This document shows, one piece after another, positions 38,240-48,652 of a stretch of DNA of 64,000 nt; positions within the stretch are counted from its first letter, which is position 1; each line of letters starts with the position of its first letter. The stretch covers positions 37 to 64,036 of the forward strand of contig JANXXE010000051.1 of assembly GCA_025350815.1 (NCBI GenBank), written 5' to 3'. Source of the DNA: Myxococcales bacterium (GTDB lineage: Bacteria; Myxococcota_A; Polyangia; Fen-1088). The translations under genes and the position numbers were made by a program. The notes under the pieces were generated by a model that did not search any database, was not told the origin of the DNA, and saw only the letters and a list, made by a program, of their open reading frames with translations.

Positions 38240-39729
38240 GCTTCGATCTGTCACAACTGTCGGCGATCGTTCCTCTGATCATCGTGACGGGGATGGGTTG
38301 CCTGATCTTGCTGGCCGAAACCTTCGCCCGCAACCGGGCGCGGACGGGCCTCGCGTCGTTGGCCCTTGGCGGCTGCGTGTTCGCGTTCGTTGCAGTCGCC
38401 GCGCAGTGGGACGCGGCCGCGACCAAGACGACGGTTCTGCAAGGCATGTGGGTCATGGATCGCATGGCCCTGTTCCTTGACGCGACCTTTGTCGCAACAG
38501 CCGCTATCACCGTGCTGATTTCGGGGCCGTTCATGCGCGAGCACGGCTTCGAATTCGGCGAGTTTTACGGCATCGTCCTGTTTGCGACCGGCGGCATGAT
38601 GATGGTGTCGCACGCCGACCACCTGCTGATGCTGTTGATCGGTATCGAGACGACTTCGCTGGCCGCCTACGTCCTGACCGGCTGCTGGCGCCGCAACGCG
38701 CGCAGCTCCGAAGGGGCGATGAAGTATTTCCTGATGGGTGCGTTCGCGACCGGCTTTCTGGTTTACGGGATGGCGCTTATCTACGGCACGACCGGTGGCG
38801 AGATGACCTACGCGGGCATCGCCGCCAAGGCCGCCGTATCGTCGAACAGCTCGCTGTTTGTCGCTGGCGTTTATTTCGTCCTGATTGCACTCATCTTCAA
38901 GGTCGCCGCTGTGCCCTTTCATATGTGGGCCCCGGATACCTACGAGGGCGCGCCCACCCCGGCAACGGGCTTCATGGCAGCCGGAGTCAAGGCCGCGGCG
39001 TTCGGCGCCATTTTGCGCCTGTTCGGTACGGTTTTCGGCGGCCCCGGCTTGCCGGGCGAGCCCATCGGATGGGTGCGCATCCTGGCGACCGTGGCCATTT
39101 TGACAATGACGTTTGGCAACCTGGCGGCGCTGCGCCAGGAAAACATCAAACGCATGCTCGCCTATTCCTCCATCGCCCACGCAGGTTACCTGCTGGTGGG
39201 TGTGGTGGCGGTCGGCGTGGGGATCGCTGGCGCGCAGTCGGCCGTCTTGTTTTACCTGGTGACCTACACCTTCACGACCCTCGGCGTCTTCGGCGTCATC
39301 GCGTGGGTCGGCAAACGCGGTGACGAACGCCTGTTCGTCGACGACTGGGCGGGCCTTGGCACCGCGCGCCCGGCGCTGGCCCTGGCGATGACCATCTTTC
39401 TTCTATCGCTGGGTGGCGTGCCGCCGACCGGTGGCTTCTTCGGAAAATTCTATCTGTTCCGGGCCGCGATGCAGAGCCCTGAGCTGTACCCGCTGGTCAT
39501 CGCGGGCGTCCTCAACAGCGTCGTCAGCGTCTACTACTACCTGCGTGTGGTGGTGGCGATGTACTTCCGCGATGCCACGCGACCGCTCGACTCGTATCCC
39601 TCGGCGTCGATGCGGGCGGCGCTGGTGCTCACGGCGATTGCCGTCGTTGTGCTGGGTCTGTTCCCGGGGGCGGTGGTGGACTGGGCTGGCGGCGCGGGGG
39701 CGGCCGTGGCCAAGGTCGCCGGTCTCTGA
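38236..39729 (+). CDS. nuoN: NADH-quinone oxidoreductase subunit N
   Basis: GTG start overlapping the nuoM stop (GTGA). The protein begins VSFDLSQLSAIVPLIIV and has antiporter-like membrane repeats. Confidence 0.85.
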
Positions 39730-39738
39730 GTCGCGCGA

Positions 39739-40188
39739 CTATTTCGCGACGACGGGGTTAACGCCCAATGGCCCTTCGCCGCGCGCGCGCTTGTCCGTCA
39801 TGCGTGCGATGGCAGCCCGTGCGGCATCGCCCAGTGGGCCCGGCGCGACAGCCCAGCCCTTGAGTAATCCCTCGCAGGCATTCCGGATCTCGGCCTTCGA
39901 GTCGTAAATCGCGAAGTGGCGCAAGATCGGCACTGTTTCCTCGTCGTGGATGGCCGACAGGGCGGCGATGAGGTTCAGCTTGCCGGTCGGCGAGGCGGTG
40001 TGCAGGGCGGTTTCGATCTGGGGAATGGCCCGTCGGTGGAAGCCCGCCAGGCGATCCCGTGCGGGGCCCACCAGGGCGTCGCTGCGCTTGGTCAGAATGT
40101 TGATCTCGGCCCCGATGTCCCGGTACGAACGATCCTCGCAGCCAAGGCTGACCGACAGCAACAGGGCCAGGGCGGTCAGGCCGCGCAT
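39739..40188 (-). CDS. hypothetical lipoprotein (HEAT/ARM-like helical)
   Basis: 149 aa; signal with lipobox LSVSLGC. Confidence 0.45.
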   Translation of the reverse strand: MRGLTALALLLSVSLGCEDRSYRDIGAEINILTKRSDALVGPARDRLAGFHRRAIPQIETALHTASPTGKLNLIAALSAIHDEETVPILRHFAIYDSKAEIRNACEGLLKGWAVAPGPLGDAARAAIARMTDKRARGEGPLGVNPVVAK

Positions 40189-41282
40189 CCCTCATCGGCC
40201 TCGACGTGTCCGCCGCTGCGGCGCTCTTGCCGCGCGATGGATTTGGCCACCGGATCTGCGGGCACCGAAAGGGCGAGGGCGGCGCCCTCGGGGCCCTGCG
40301 CGACATTCTGCAGTCGATCGAAGAATGCTTCGCCGAGGTCGACCAGGGTCTGGGGATCGTTTTGCGTGAACGATCGCTGGCGCAACTCGGCGCCGCCGCG
40401 CAGACCGCGCGAGTACCAGGCCATGGTTTTGCGCAGCTCGTGCAGACGCATCTTTTCGACCGCGTGCTCGAATACGAGGTCGGCGTGGCGCCGCCAGACA
40501 GTCTGGCGTTCTGCCAGCGTCGGCGGCCCGGGGTCGGCCTCGCCGCGCTCAAGGGCCTGCAGCGAACGAAACAGCCAGGGGTTGCCCATCGCCCCGCGAC
40601 CGATCATCACGCCGTCGCAGCCGGTCTCACGCTTCATGCGCTGATAGTCCTCGACGGTCTTGACGTCGCCATTGCCGATGACCGGGATGGTCGCGGGCAG
40701 GACAGCGCGCACGCCGGCGATCGGTGGCAAGCGGACGCTGCCCGAAAATCCCTGCGCGCGCGTGCGGCCGTGAACGGTGATCAGCGCGGCGCCGGCGTCC
40801 ACCAGGCGCTGCGCGAATTCGGGGGCGTTCACGCAGGAATCGTCCCAGCCGGCCCGGTGCTTGACGGTCACCGGAATCTTCGACGGGATGGCGGCACGTA
40901 CGGCCGCGACCAGCCGAGCCGCCAGGGCGGGCTCGCGCATCAGGGCCGAACCGCACACACCCGCGGTCACCTTCTTGGCCGGGCAACCCATATTGATGTC
41001 GAGGACACTGGCCCCGACCTCGACGGCCATCTCGGCCGCGCGCGCCAGCACGGTCGCTTCGCGCCCGAAGATCTGCACGGCGAAACGTCGACCCTCGCGG
41101 CTTGGCCACATGCGCTTGACCGCCTTGGCGGCGCCGCGGGTCAGGGCATCCGCCGACAGGAATTCCGTGAAGGTGAGGCTGGCGCCCAGTTCCTCGCAAA
41201 TGGTGCGAAAGGGCAGATCGGTGACCGCCTCCATCGGGGCCAGGTAAATGCCGGGACCAAAGTCGAGCTCTCCGACGCGCAT
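40176..41282 (-). CDS. tRNA-dihydrouridine synthase (Dus family)
   Basis: Dus TIM-barrel motifs (LAPMEAVTDLPFR, LDINMGCPAKKV, TVKHRAGWDD). Start set at the Met of MRVGELDFG; the long ORF extends upstream to 41600. Confidence 0.8.
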   Translation of the reverse strand: MRVGELDFGPGIYLAPMEAVTDLPFRTICEELGASLTFTEFLSADALTRGAAKAVKRMWPSREGRRFAVQIFGREATVLARAAEMAVEVGASVLDINMGCPAKKVTAGVCGSALMREPALAARLVAAVRAAIPSKIPVTVKHRAGWDDSCVNAPEFAQRLVDAGAALITVHGRTRAQGFSGSVRLPPIAGVRAVLPATIPVIGNGDVKTVEDYQRMKRETGCDGVMIGRGAMGNPWLFRSLQALERGEADPGPPTLAERQTVWRRHADLVFEHAVEKMRLHELRKTMAWYSRGLRGGAELRQRSFTQNDPQTLVDLGEAFFDRLQNVAQGPEGAALALSVPADPVAKSIARQERRSGGHVEADEGCAA

Positions 41283-41355
41283 CGCCAGCCGCGCAGGATA
41301 GCAGAACCCGCTCACCGGGACGAACCGGCCCTCGAAAACCGAGCGTCCCGCGGCT

Positions 41356-41643
41356 ATGCTGTGGCTTTCCGTGAAGCGGGATTCCCAAGGCAAGACAGGC
41401 ATCAAACGCGTGGCCCCGGCGGCGGGCCTGATGGCGTTCAGCGCCTTCATGGATCGCGACGACGCCCGACGCAAGAGGGGCCGCAGCCGCCGTACGACGG
41501 TACTTGTGTCCATTCTGATCCACGCCGTCGCGCTGGCCTTCATCGTGGTTCTGTCGATGTGGCGCGTGGACGAACTGTTTTCTCCGTCGGTGAAGGTCAC
41601 CGTCTTTCCGAGCGCTACCGCCCCGCCCGCGGCCGTGCCCTAG
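41356..41643 (+). CDS. small hypothetical membrane protein (95 aa), possible TonB-like N-terminal fragment
   Basis: Very high GC3. Basic stretch RRKRGRSRR, then TM helix VLVSILIHAVALAFIVVL, then a Pro/Ala tail. Does not overlap the corrected Dus CDS. Confidence 0.3.
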   Translation: MLWLSVKRDSQGKTGIKRVAPAAGLMAFSAFMDRDDARRKRGRSRRTTVLVSILIHAVALAFIVVLSMWRVDELFSPSVKVTVFPSATAPPAAVP

Positions 41644-43232
41644 AAACCCGACGATTTCAGCTTGGCGCGCGCCATCTGACCGACCTTGGTCCGCCCGGCG
41701 CTTTTGACGACGGCGGTCAGGACTTCCTCACCCAGCGGATGGCCCTGTTCGGCGAAATGAAAGCCCACCTGATAGCGTTGTGCGGGGCCAAGCGCGCGAT
41801 CCGCCCCGATCGCCGCCGCGACATCGAACCCGCGATCCAGAAGCTGGCCGATGATGGCCAAGGCCTGGTCGCGCAGCCCGTGCGTCAGCTCTAGCGATGC
41901 CAGGGCGTAACCATCCTGCGGGGCCGCTTCGGCGCTACGGCCAAGGACACGCAGCACGGCCAGCGCATGCTCGGGCTTTTTCGCCCGTCTCAACTTGTCA
42001 CCCAGCGCCCGCAGTCGCTGCGTGGTCCCGGTGGGATCCGCGGCGCGCGCGATTCCAAGCAGCGTCTCCCACGTCGGATCGTGCGCTTCAAGACGAGCCA
42101 GCGCGGTGTCCAGCGCTTGCCGCCGCAGATTCGCGCCTACCGCCGCGAGCCGCGGTCGCAACAGACTGGCCAGCATCTGGGCGCGGTCCCGATCGTGGGT
42201 TGACAGCAGCGCGCGCAGCAGGGCATTCGCTGCCTCGGGGCGCCGGCCGAGGGCGTTCGCCGCCGCCTCGGCGCGCGCGCGATCTTGCGTGGACGTCAGG
42301 ACGCGGGCGAGCGCGTCTGAACTTTCGCTGCCTGGTACCTGCCCGATAATGTCGATGGCCAGAAGCCCGCGTTCCGGTTCCACGTGCGCGGCCAGGTTGC
42401 CCAGGCGTTGGGCGGCGGCGGCCGGGATCTTCGCCCCGGCGAGCGAGTACAGCGCCACCCGCGCCACGGCCAAAGTGGACGTCTCGGCGATGCCCACAAG
42501 CTTGTCGACGATCTTCCGGCCCGCCTTGCCGGCGACGTAGGCCCGCAGGGAAATAACGGCCTCCTGTTTTTCCGCATCGCCTTGCCGGGAAGACGTGGCG
42601 TGTTTCAGCAGCGTCGGCACCGCGCTGTCGTCGTCGAGGAAGCCCAGCACCTTCAGAGCGGCGACGCGCGCTGCCGGAGACACCACTGCCTTCTTGCTGG
42701 CGAGGTAGCCGGTTGCCTGCTGCAAGTAGCGGCGGCGCTCGCGGGCGTCGGCGTCCTTGATGCCGGGTCGCAGCGCGGAAGCCGCGGCCCGCGCCGCCTC
42801 GATGTCGTTGGGTGCCAGGCTTGGCAGCAACGTCGCCAGGGCGTCCTGGCCCCCGAGCCGACCCAGGATTTCCTCCAGGGCGCGCTTTTCCTGCGGCGTG
42901 GCCGCGGGCAATCGTCCGCGGATCGCCGGCAGGGCCTGTTCACCGAGACCCGCGACGGCCGCGATCGCCGCGCGCCGCAGATCTTCGTCGCGCGTGGCCA
43001 GCAGTTCGAAAGCGCGGGGCACGATCCTGGGCGTTCCAATGGCGGTCAGTGCTTCCAGCGCGTGTCGTTGTAGCGACGGCAGTTCCTGGTCCAGCAACGA
43101 CAGCAATGCCCGCACGGCCCCGGCATCCTTGACCCGCAGCTCGCCCAGAATGATGGCGGCCGCCGTCTGCCGATCGGTTGCGTCGCTGCGCAACAGTCCG
43201 ACAATCTTGCTGATGACAGGATTGGCGCTCAC
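41640..43232 (-). CDS. HEAT/PBS-lyase repeat protein
   Basis: Repetitive alpha-helical repeats (ALxxLGxxEALPxL). The upstream part of the ORF is Met-free, so a GTG start near 43232 is assumed. Start is uncertain. Confidence 0.55.
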   Translation of the reverse strand: MSANPVISKIVGLLRSDATDRQTAAAIILGELRVKDAGAVRALLSLLDQELPSLQRHALEALTAIGTPRIVPRAFELLATRDEDLRRAAIAAVAGLGEQALPAIRGRLPAATPQEKRALEEILGRLGGQDALATLLPSLAPNDIEAARAAASALRPGIKDADARERRRYLQQATGYLASKKAVVSPAARVAALKVLGFLDDDSAVPTLLKHATSSRQGDAEKQEAVISLRAYVAGKAGRKIVDKLVGIAETSTLAVARVALYSLAGAKIPAAAAQRLGNLAAHVEPERGLLAIDIIGQVPGSESSDALARVLTSTQDRARAEAAANALGRRPEAANALLRALLSTHDRDRAQMLASLLRPRLAAVGANLRRQALDTALARLEAHDPTWETLLGIARAADPTGTTQRLRALGDKLRRAKKPEHALAVLRVLGRSAEAAPQDGYALASLELTHGLRDQALAIIGQLLDRGFDVAAAIGADRALGPAQRYQVGFHFAEQGHPLGEEVLTAVVKSAGRTKVGQMARAKLKSSGF

Positions 43233-43354
43233 GGTGGGCCTGAAAGATGGTGCCACCACCGACGCGGACAAGGCAAAAACTCTCTGGGAGTGTGGAATGC
43301 GGTCCGTGCTGCTGTTGCTTGCGAGTAACTTGCGTTTTCGCCCGGGCTGGAACC

Positions 43355-44332
43355 ATGTGGTGGCGTGGCCCCAGGGACGGCGTGACGGACGACGAACGAC
43401 AGCGGCAGGTGTTTGAGCGCATTCGCGAACTCGACCACGCGCATCGTAGCCGCGCCCGCGCGCAGGGGCAGACCGGAATGGGCCTGGCCCTGTCGTTGCG
43501 TTTTCTCCGTTCGGCGGTGGCGGGTCTGTTGCGCCCGCCACGCCGCACGCTGGCCAAGCCGGTCCCGCTTCCGTCCACGGGCGGCGTCGGCATCACCTTC
43601 GTGGGTCATGCGACGGTGATGCTGACGACTCCGCAAAGTCGTGTGCTGACTGATCCCTTCTTGGGTGATTTTCTGCACGGGTTGCGCCGACGCGAGTCCG
43701 CCTGCCTGGATCCAGCCGACGCCGAGGATGTGGACCTGATCGTCGTTTCGCATGCCCACCGCGATCACCTGGACCGCGCCAGCCTGCGCCGGCTGCCGAG
43801 GACAGCCACCATCGCCGTTCCCGCGCGCTGCGAGGGCCGCGTTGCCGATTTGGGATTTGCCGACGTGATCGCGCTGGAGCCCGGCGAGGAGATCAGTCAC
43901 CGCGATTTGGTCGTCACCGCCGTCGCCGCACGGCATGGGGACGCCCGCGCCAATGGCTATGTCCTGCGCGGCGCGGGGGTGTGCACGTACTTTGCCGGAG
44001 ACACGGGCTACTTTTCGGGGTTCGCCGACATCGGCCGGCGTTTCAGGCCGCACGTCGCCGTCTTGCCCATCGCGGGGTACCAGCCGCCGGCCCTGCGCGA
44101 TTCGCATATGTCGCCGCTGGACGCCGTCACAGCTTTTGAAGATCTGGGCGCGCGCGTTCTGATTCCCATCGCCTATGGGTCTTTTCAGTTGGGCTACGAG
44201 CCAATGGACGAGCCGCGCCAGTGGCTTGAACGGCTGTGCGCCGAACGTGGCCATGACGCGCAACTGGCGGCCCTGGCGCACGGGGAGACCTGCCGAATTA
44301 CCGGGGTGGACGTGCCCCCCCCGCTTGGATAG
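43355..44332 (+). CDS. metallo-beta-lactamase-fold hydrolase
   Basis: FVGHATVML...LIVVSHAHRDHLD (HxHxDH motif). Start set at an internal Met to avoid overlapping the divergent gene. Confidence 0.75.
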   Translation: MWWRGPRDGVTDDERQRQVFERIRELDHAHRSRARAQGQTGMGLALSLRFLRSAVAGLLRPPRRTLAKPVPLPSTGGVGITFVGHATVMLTTPQSRVLTDPFLGDFLHGLRRRESACLDPADAEDVDLIVVSHAHRDHLDRASLRRLPRTATIAVPARCEGRVADLGFADVIALEPGEEISHRDLVVTAVAARHGDARANGYVLRGAGVCTYFAGDTGYFSGFADIGRRFRPHVAVLPIAGYQPPALRDSHMSPLDAVTAFEDLGARVLIPIAYGSFQLGYEPMDEPRQWLERLCAERGHDAQLAALAHGETCRITGVDVPPPLG

Positions 44333-44362
44333 AGTGCCGCTTTTCCCGGGAATTCAAGGAGC

Positions 44363-46762
44363 ATGAGCTTAGCTGAACGACTGCGCCGCGTGCCGCCACT
44401 GGGCTGGGTTGTGCTGTTCGCCGTCCTGATGACGCTGCCCGGTCTGTGGTCATTCGGCTTCTGGGATCCCTGGGAGCTGAGCATCGCTGACCGTGCGCGC
44501 GCCCTGCTGCGGGCGGGTGATTTGCTGGACACCACCGTCGCTGGCAAGTATGCCGCCGAACCGCCGCTGGACCTGTTCCTGAGCGCGGCCGGCATGAAGA
44601 TTTTCGGCGCGCGAGAGCTGGGGGCGCGTTTGTTCAACGCCCTGGCGGGTATAGGCGCGCTGCTGGGCGTGTACTGGGCCGGCCTCGGGTTGTTCCGCCG
44701 GCGGGCCGCGCTGCTGTCGGCGCTGGTGCTGGGCAGCATGCCGCTTTTTGTTTTGCAGGCGCGTCAGCTGACGTCCGATATGCCGCTGGTCGCGGGCCTG
44801 GCGCTGTCGCTGGGCGGCCTTGGGCGTTATGCATGGCCGGCTTCGGGCCAGCGCCAGTTGCGCAATTTGTTGCTGGCCGCCGTCGGGCTGGCGCTGGGCG
44901 CCTTGTCAGGCGGGGCGCTGCTGGGTGTGGCCTTGCCCTGTCTGGCGCTGACCGGTGCCCTTGTTACCGGATTCGGTCTGCGACCCGGCAAGGTCGAAGA
45001 CAAGGCCGACGAATCGGATATCAGCAGCGCGCTGTCACCCGGTGGCGTGGGCCCGGACGTGCCGACCGACAAGACGTTCGGCGCGGGGCTGTTCTCGAAG
45101 GGGGTCAAGGGCCGCGGGGCGTTGCTCCTGGTCGCCGTGGTCGGGATTGCGGTCCTGCTGCTGACGCTGACCACCGCCAATATTGCGGGCCGGTATTCGG
45201 TTCTGCTGGGGGGTGTTCCGCGCGGTGGGACGCCGTCGCAGATGTTCGAGTTCATCGTCAAGCAGCTGGGTTTCGGCCTGTTCCCGTGGAGCGCGCTGGT
45301 GGTCTTCGCGCTTGGGCGCGCGCTGATTCATGCAGGCGACGATCAGGATCGCGGAGGGCGCCTGGGCTTCCTGCAGCTATACCTGCTTGTTTTCGCGGCC
45401 TTCGGGTTCGGTCTCACGACGTTGTTCGTGCTGATGACGGGGGATGCGCGCTTTGCCCCGCTGGCCCCGCTGGCGCTGGCCGTGGGCGTGTTTCTCGACG
45501 AGGCCCTCGACGGCGAGCGCGCCGAGCCCGTGCTGGGCTTGCTGGTGGCCACCGGCACGATGGTGGTGGCGCGCGATTTTTTCCTGGGCCCCGAGGAACT
45601 GGTGTCGATGCACCTTTTGGCCAAGGTCAAGTGGCCGCCGACGCTGTCGGTGGGTTACGGCGTCCTGGTGGTGGGCCTGCTGGCCGGCGGCGGCATCTAC
45701 GCGGGTCTGGCGACACGCGGGCGGGCGCTGGGGCGGATTGCGCCGCGCGATCTCGGTGACGCGGGGCCCTTGAAAAGGCGTCTCGAAGCGCTGGCCGTCG
45801 AGGCCGGGCGCTGGGGCATTCACGTGGCGGTGGCCGTGGCGATTGTTTTCTCGGCGCTGCTGGCGCACGTTCTGGTGCCCAATTTGTCGCAGCACTTTTC
45901 CTTCAAGCCGGTGCTTGAGTCCTACAGCCGCTTTGCCAAGGAGGGCGAGGAAATCGGCAAGTACCACGTCGAGGGGCACGGGACCAGTTTCTACGGCGCG
46001 AGCGACATGGTGGAAATCCCGACGCAGGATCGCCTGGTCGAGTTCTTGAAGCGCCCCAAGCGAGCTTTCGCGCTGGTCGGCGCCGACGATCTGGCCTCGC
46101 TGGACGCGGCGCTGAAGTTGGTGCAGGTCGACTACGTCGTGGTGGATGCGTCGTCGTCACGTTTCCTTCTGTTGTCGAATCAGTTGGGCGCGGGCGAGGC
46201 GGACCACAATCCAATCAAGAAGAACGTCTGGATGGCGCCGCGGCCGCCCGAGAGAATCACCACGCAGGCGGCTGAGGGCACCGTTCCCGAGCGCGGTGGC
46301 AACGCGATCAAATACAACTGGCATGGCCAGATTCCGCCGTGGGGTGAGCCGTCGATCAAGGTGAACGCCGTCTTCGCCAACTCCATCGAATTGTTGGGTG
46401 CCGACTTGCCCTCGTCGATACGCCGCCCGGGAAAGATTCCGCTGACGCTGTATTTCCGCGTGCTGACGCGCCCGCCGGGCGCCTACAAGGTATTCGCGCA
46501 CTTCGATGCGCCGGGCGAGCCGCGCCTGCTGGGCGACCATGTGCCGGTCGACGGCACCTTCGCCACGGGCAACTGGTTGCCCGGCGAATACATCCGCGAC
46601 CAGTACGACGTGGACGTGCCGCTGATGACGACGCCGGCTGGAACCTACACCGTTTTGGTCGGATTTTGGCCCGGGGGCGAGCAAAAACGCCTGGCTATCA
46701 CCGCAGGGACCAGCAATGATGGCGTCGATCGCGCTCGGGTGGGGACCATTGAGATCCGATAA
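44363..46762 (+). CDS. glycosyltransferase family 39 (PMT_2/ArnT-like) membrane protein with large C-terminal periplasmic domain
   Basis: 799 aa. N-terminal polytopic region with a GT39-like pattern (FWDPWE...RLFNALAGIGALLGVYW...RRAALLSALVLGSMPLFVLQARQLTSDMPL). Confidence 0.65.
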   Translation: MSLAERLRRVPPLGWVVLFAVLMTLPGLWSFGFWDPWELSIADRARALLRAGDLLDTTVAGKYAAEPPLDLFLSAAGMKIFGARELGARLFNALAGIGALLGVYWAGLGLFRRRAALLSALVLGSMPLFVLQARQLTSDMPLVAGLALSLGGLGRYAWPASGQRQLRNLLLAAVGLALGALSGGALLGVALPCLALTGALVTGFGLRPGKVEDKADESDISSALSPGGVGPDVPTDKTFGAGLFSKGVKGRGALLLVAVVGIAVLLLTLTTANIAGRYSVLLGGVPRGGTPSQMFEFIVKQLGFGLFPWSALVVFALGRALIHAGDDQDRGGRLGFLQLYLLVFAAFGFGLTTLFVLMTGDARFAPLAPLALAVGVFLDEALDGERAEPVLGLLVATGTMVVARDFFLGPEELVSMHLLAKVKWPPTLSVGYGVLVVGLLAGGGIYAGLATRGRALGRIAPRDLGDAGPLKRRLEALAVEAGRWGIHVAVAVAIVFSALLAHVLVPNLSQHFSFKPVLESYSRFAKEGEEIGKYHVEGHGTSFYGASDMVEIPTQDRLVEFLKRPKRAFALVGADDLASLDAALKLVQVDYVVVDASSSRFLLLSNQLGAGEADHNPIKKNVWMAPRPPERITTQAAEGTVPERGGNAIKYNWHGQIPPWGEPSIKVNAVFANSIELLGADLPSSIRRPGKIPLTLYFRVLTRPPGAYKVFAHFDAPGEPRLLGDHVPVDGTFATGNWLPGEYIRDQYDVDVPLMTTPAGTYTVLVGFWPGGEQKRLAITAGTSNDGVDRARVGTIEIR

Positions 46763-46763
46763 A

Positions 46764-47195
46764 GACATGCGCCGGAAGGACAGACGCCAGGAGCTGCGCC
46801 CCGTCGATGACGATCGCCGTGTGGCCTCTGATCGTCGCGGCCACCAGCGCGTGCTGGTGAACTTCGAAGTCGACTACAAGTGCGATGACACCTTCTTGTT
46901 CGCGTACATCACCGATCTGTCGGCGGTGGGAATCTTCATCCAGACCAGCACGCCGCACCCGCCCGGCACGCGGCTGAACATGCACTTCACGCCGCCCGGC
47001 GGCTCGCCGCTGGACATCGAGGCACGGGTCATTTGGGTCAATCCCTACCGGCCGGGTCGCAAGGAAAACCTGAATCCCGGGATGGGTCTGCAGTTCATCG
47101 ACCTGACCCCGGGGCAGCGCGAGCAGATCATGGGGCTGGTTCGTACGTTCGCCTATCTCAGCGACGACGACGACATGACTCTCGGCAATAGTTGA
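46764..47195 (+). CDS. PilZ-domain c-di-GMP-binding protein
   Basis: RxxxR (RRGHQR) and DxSxxG (DLSAVG) motifs. Start set immediately after the upstream stop. Confidence 0.8.
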   Translation, partial: DMRRKDRRQELRPVDDDRRVASDRRGHQRVLVNFEVDYKCDDTFLFAYITDLSAVGIFIQTSTPHPPGTRLNMHFTPPGGSPLDIEARVIWVNPYRPGRKENLNPGMGLQFIDLTPGQREQIMGLVRTFAYLSDDDDMTLGNS

Positions 47196-48652
47196 AGCTG
47201 GCTGCGTCGACGCGAAGGTGGCGCCCGCAGCGGGTCGGCGGTGTGATGGTGCCGCCCGGGGCAAAGGCCGTGGTCACAGTGCGCTTCGGCGGCACATCAT
47301 CGTCCAAGTACGACATTCCCGCCGTCGCTCTTGTCGGGGCTGCTCCCGGGCCGCGGGTGACGATTCTCGCCGGGCTACGTGGCTTCGAGGCGGCGGCCAG
47401 CGCGGCGGCGCACCGTCTGGCGGCGACGCTGGATGCGTCGATCTTGCGCGGCAGTCTTCTGGTTGTGCCTGTCAGTCGGGCGGGTGGGCGATTCGGTCGG
47501 CCGGGGCGCGTCTATCGTCCGTTGTCGTTTCCCGGTGACGTCGTCGGGGGGCGACTGGCGCGACTGGCGTTCGCGCTGCACGCAGAGGCCTTGGTCCCCG
47601 CACAGATCCTCATCGAACTTTCCACGCCGTCGCCGGGGCGCCAGGCGCTGCTGACGGTGATGGGTCCCGCAGACGATGCCCGGGTAGGACGCCTGGCCCT
47701 GGCCTGTGGGGCGCCCGTAAGCGTCTTTGGACCACCACCCGTCGGGTCGGCCGTCGCGGCGGCTGTTGCTCTGGGGCGGGTGGGTCTGCGGCTGTGCGTG
47801 GGCGGCCTTCCGGGGGGGCTGCGCGCGGACGCCGATGCCCTAATCTTGTCGGTGCGCAAGGTCCTTGGCGCCGCCGGCGTGTTGGCCCCCTCGACGGCCG
47901 AGCCCAAGGCCTGCGCGCCCGCCTCCGTCATCGGTGAGCCTGTCGCTGTTCGCGCGCCCGCGCGTGGGTTCCTGGCCGACGTGGTGCCTGTGGGATGCCA
48001 CGTTGCCAGGGGTACGCGCCTTGCCAGCCTGACCCCGGCGACGGCCATCCGGGCCCGTGCACTCGGGGCCGCTGTCGACGGAATCGTGCTGGAAACTCCG
48101 GATCGCGAGCTTGCCCGGCGGGGGGCGATTCTGTTCACGATTGGCCGGCTGTCCCGCGAAGCCGGGCGACGGACGTCGGGCCCATTGTCGTCCCGGTCGG
48201 TACCCGCGGCATCGACGCCCAAGGTTCGCATCGGATGGGCCGAGCGTGTGTCGCTGCCGGGTCTCGGCGTCGTGGGCCTCAAGGCCAAGATTGATACGGG
48301 CGCCCGCACGTCGGCCCTGCATGTGCTGGCGGCGCGCGTTGTGGACCAAGCCGGCGGCCCCGGTGGGCGGCCCATCATGGACCTGACGTTGCCGGTGCGG
48401 GGTGGGGGGCGTGGATACCTCAAAGTCCGGGTGCCGGTCCGCGATTTCATCGAGGTGCGCGAGCCCTCGGGCCGCAAGGAACGTCGGCCCGTCATCGAAA
48501 CGATTCTGGAGCTGGGGCCGGTGAGAAGGCGCATCCGCCTGACGCTGACGAACCGTGGCGACATGCAATACCCGATGCTGGTCGGGCGAACGTCGCTGGG
48601 CCCGGAAGTCGTCGTGGATCCGACGGCCCGCTATCTGCTCACGCGCGCCTGA
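47192..48652 (+). CDS. fusion protein: succinylglutamate-desuccinylase/aspartoacylase-like (M14-like, apparently degenerate) + RimB-like retropepsin-type aspartic protease (so-called ATP-dependent zinc protease) domain
   Basis: 486 aa. N-part PRVTILAGLRGFEAAASAAAHRL, where the HGNE zinc site reads RGFE. C-part GLKAKIDTGARTSALHV carries the DTG catalytic motif and ...TLTNRGDMQYPMLVGRTSL. Confidence 0.65.
   Translation: MKLAASTRRWRPQRVGGVMVPPGAKAVVTVRFGGTSSSKYDIPAVALVGAAPGPRVTILAGLRGFEAAASAAAHRLAATLDASILRGSLLVVPVSRAGGRFGRPGRVYRPLSFPGDVVGGRLARLAFALHAEALVPAQILIELSTPSPGRQALLTVMGPADDARVGRLALACGAPVSVFGPPPVGSAVAAAVALGRVGLRLCVGGLPGGLRADADALILSVRKVLGAAGVLAPSTAEPKACAPASVIGEPVAVRAPARGFLADVVPVGCHVARGTRLASLTPATAIRARALGAAVDGIVLETPDRELARRGAILFTIGRLSREAGRRTSGPLSSRSVPAASTPKVRIGWAERVSLPGLGVVGLKAKIDTGARTSALHVLAARVVDQAGGPGGRPIMDLTLPVRGGGRGYLKVRVPVRDFIEVREPSGRKERRPVIETILELGPVRRRIRLTLTNRGDMQYPMLVGRTSLGPEVVVDPTARYLLTRA

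Noticed and set aside
41283-41600. N-terminal 106-codon extension of the Dus ORF
   Set aside because: No Dus homology before MRVGELDFG. The opposite strand carries a better-looking small ORF.
40206-41894. 562-aa plus-strand ORF antisense to the Dus gene
   Set aside because: Low-complexity translation. The Dus motifs are on the minus strand.
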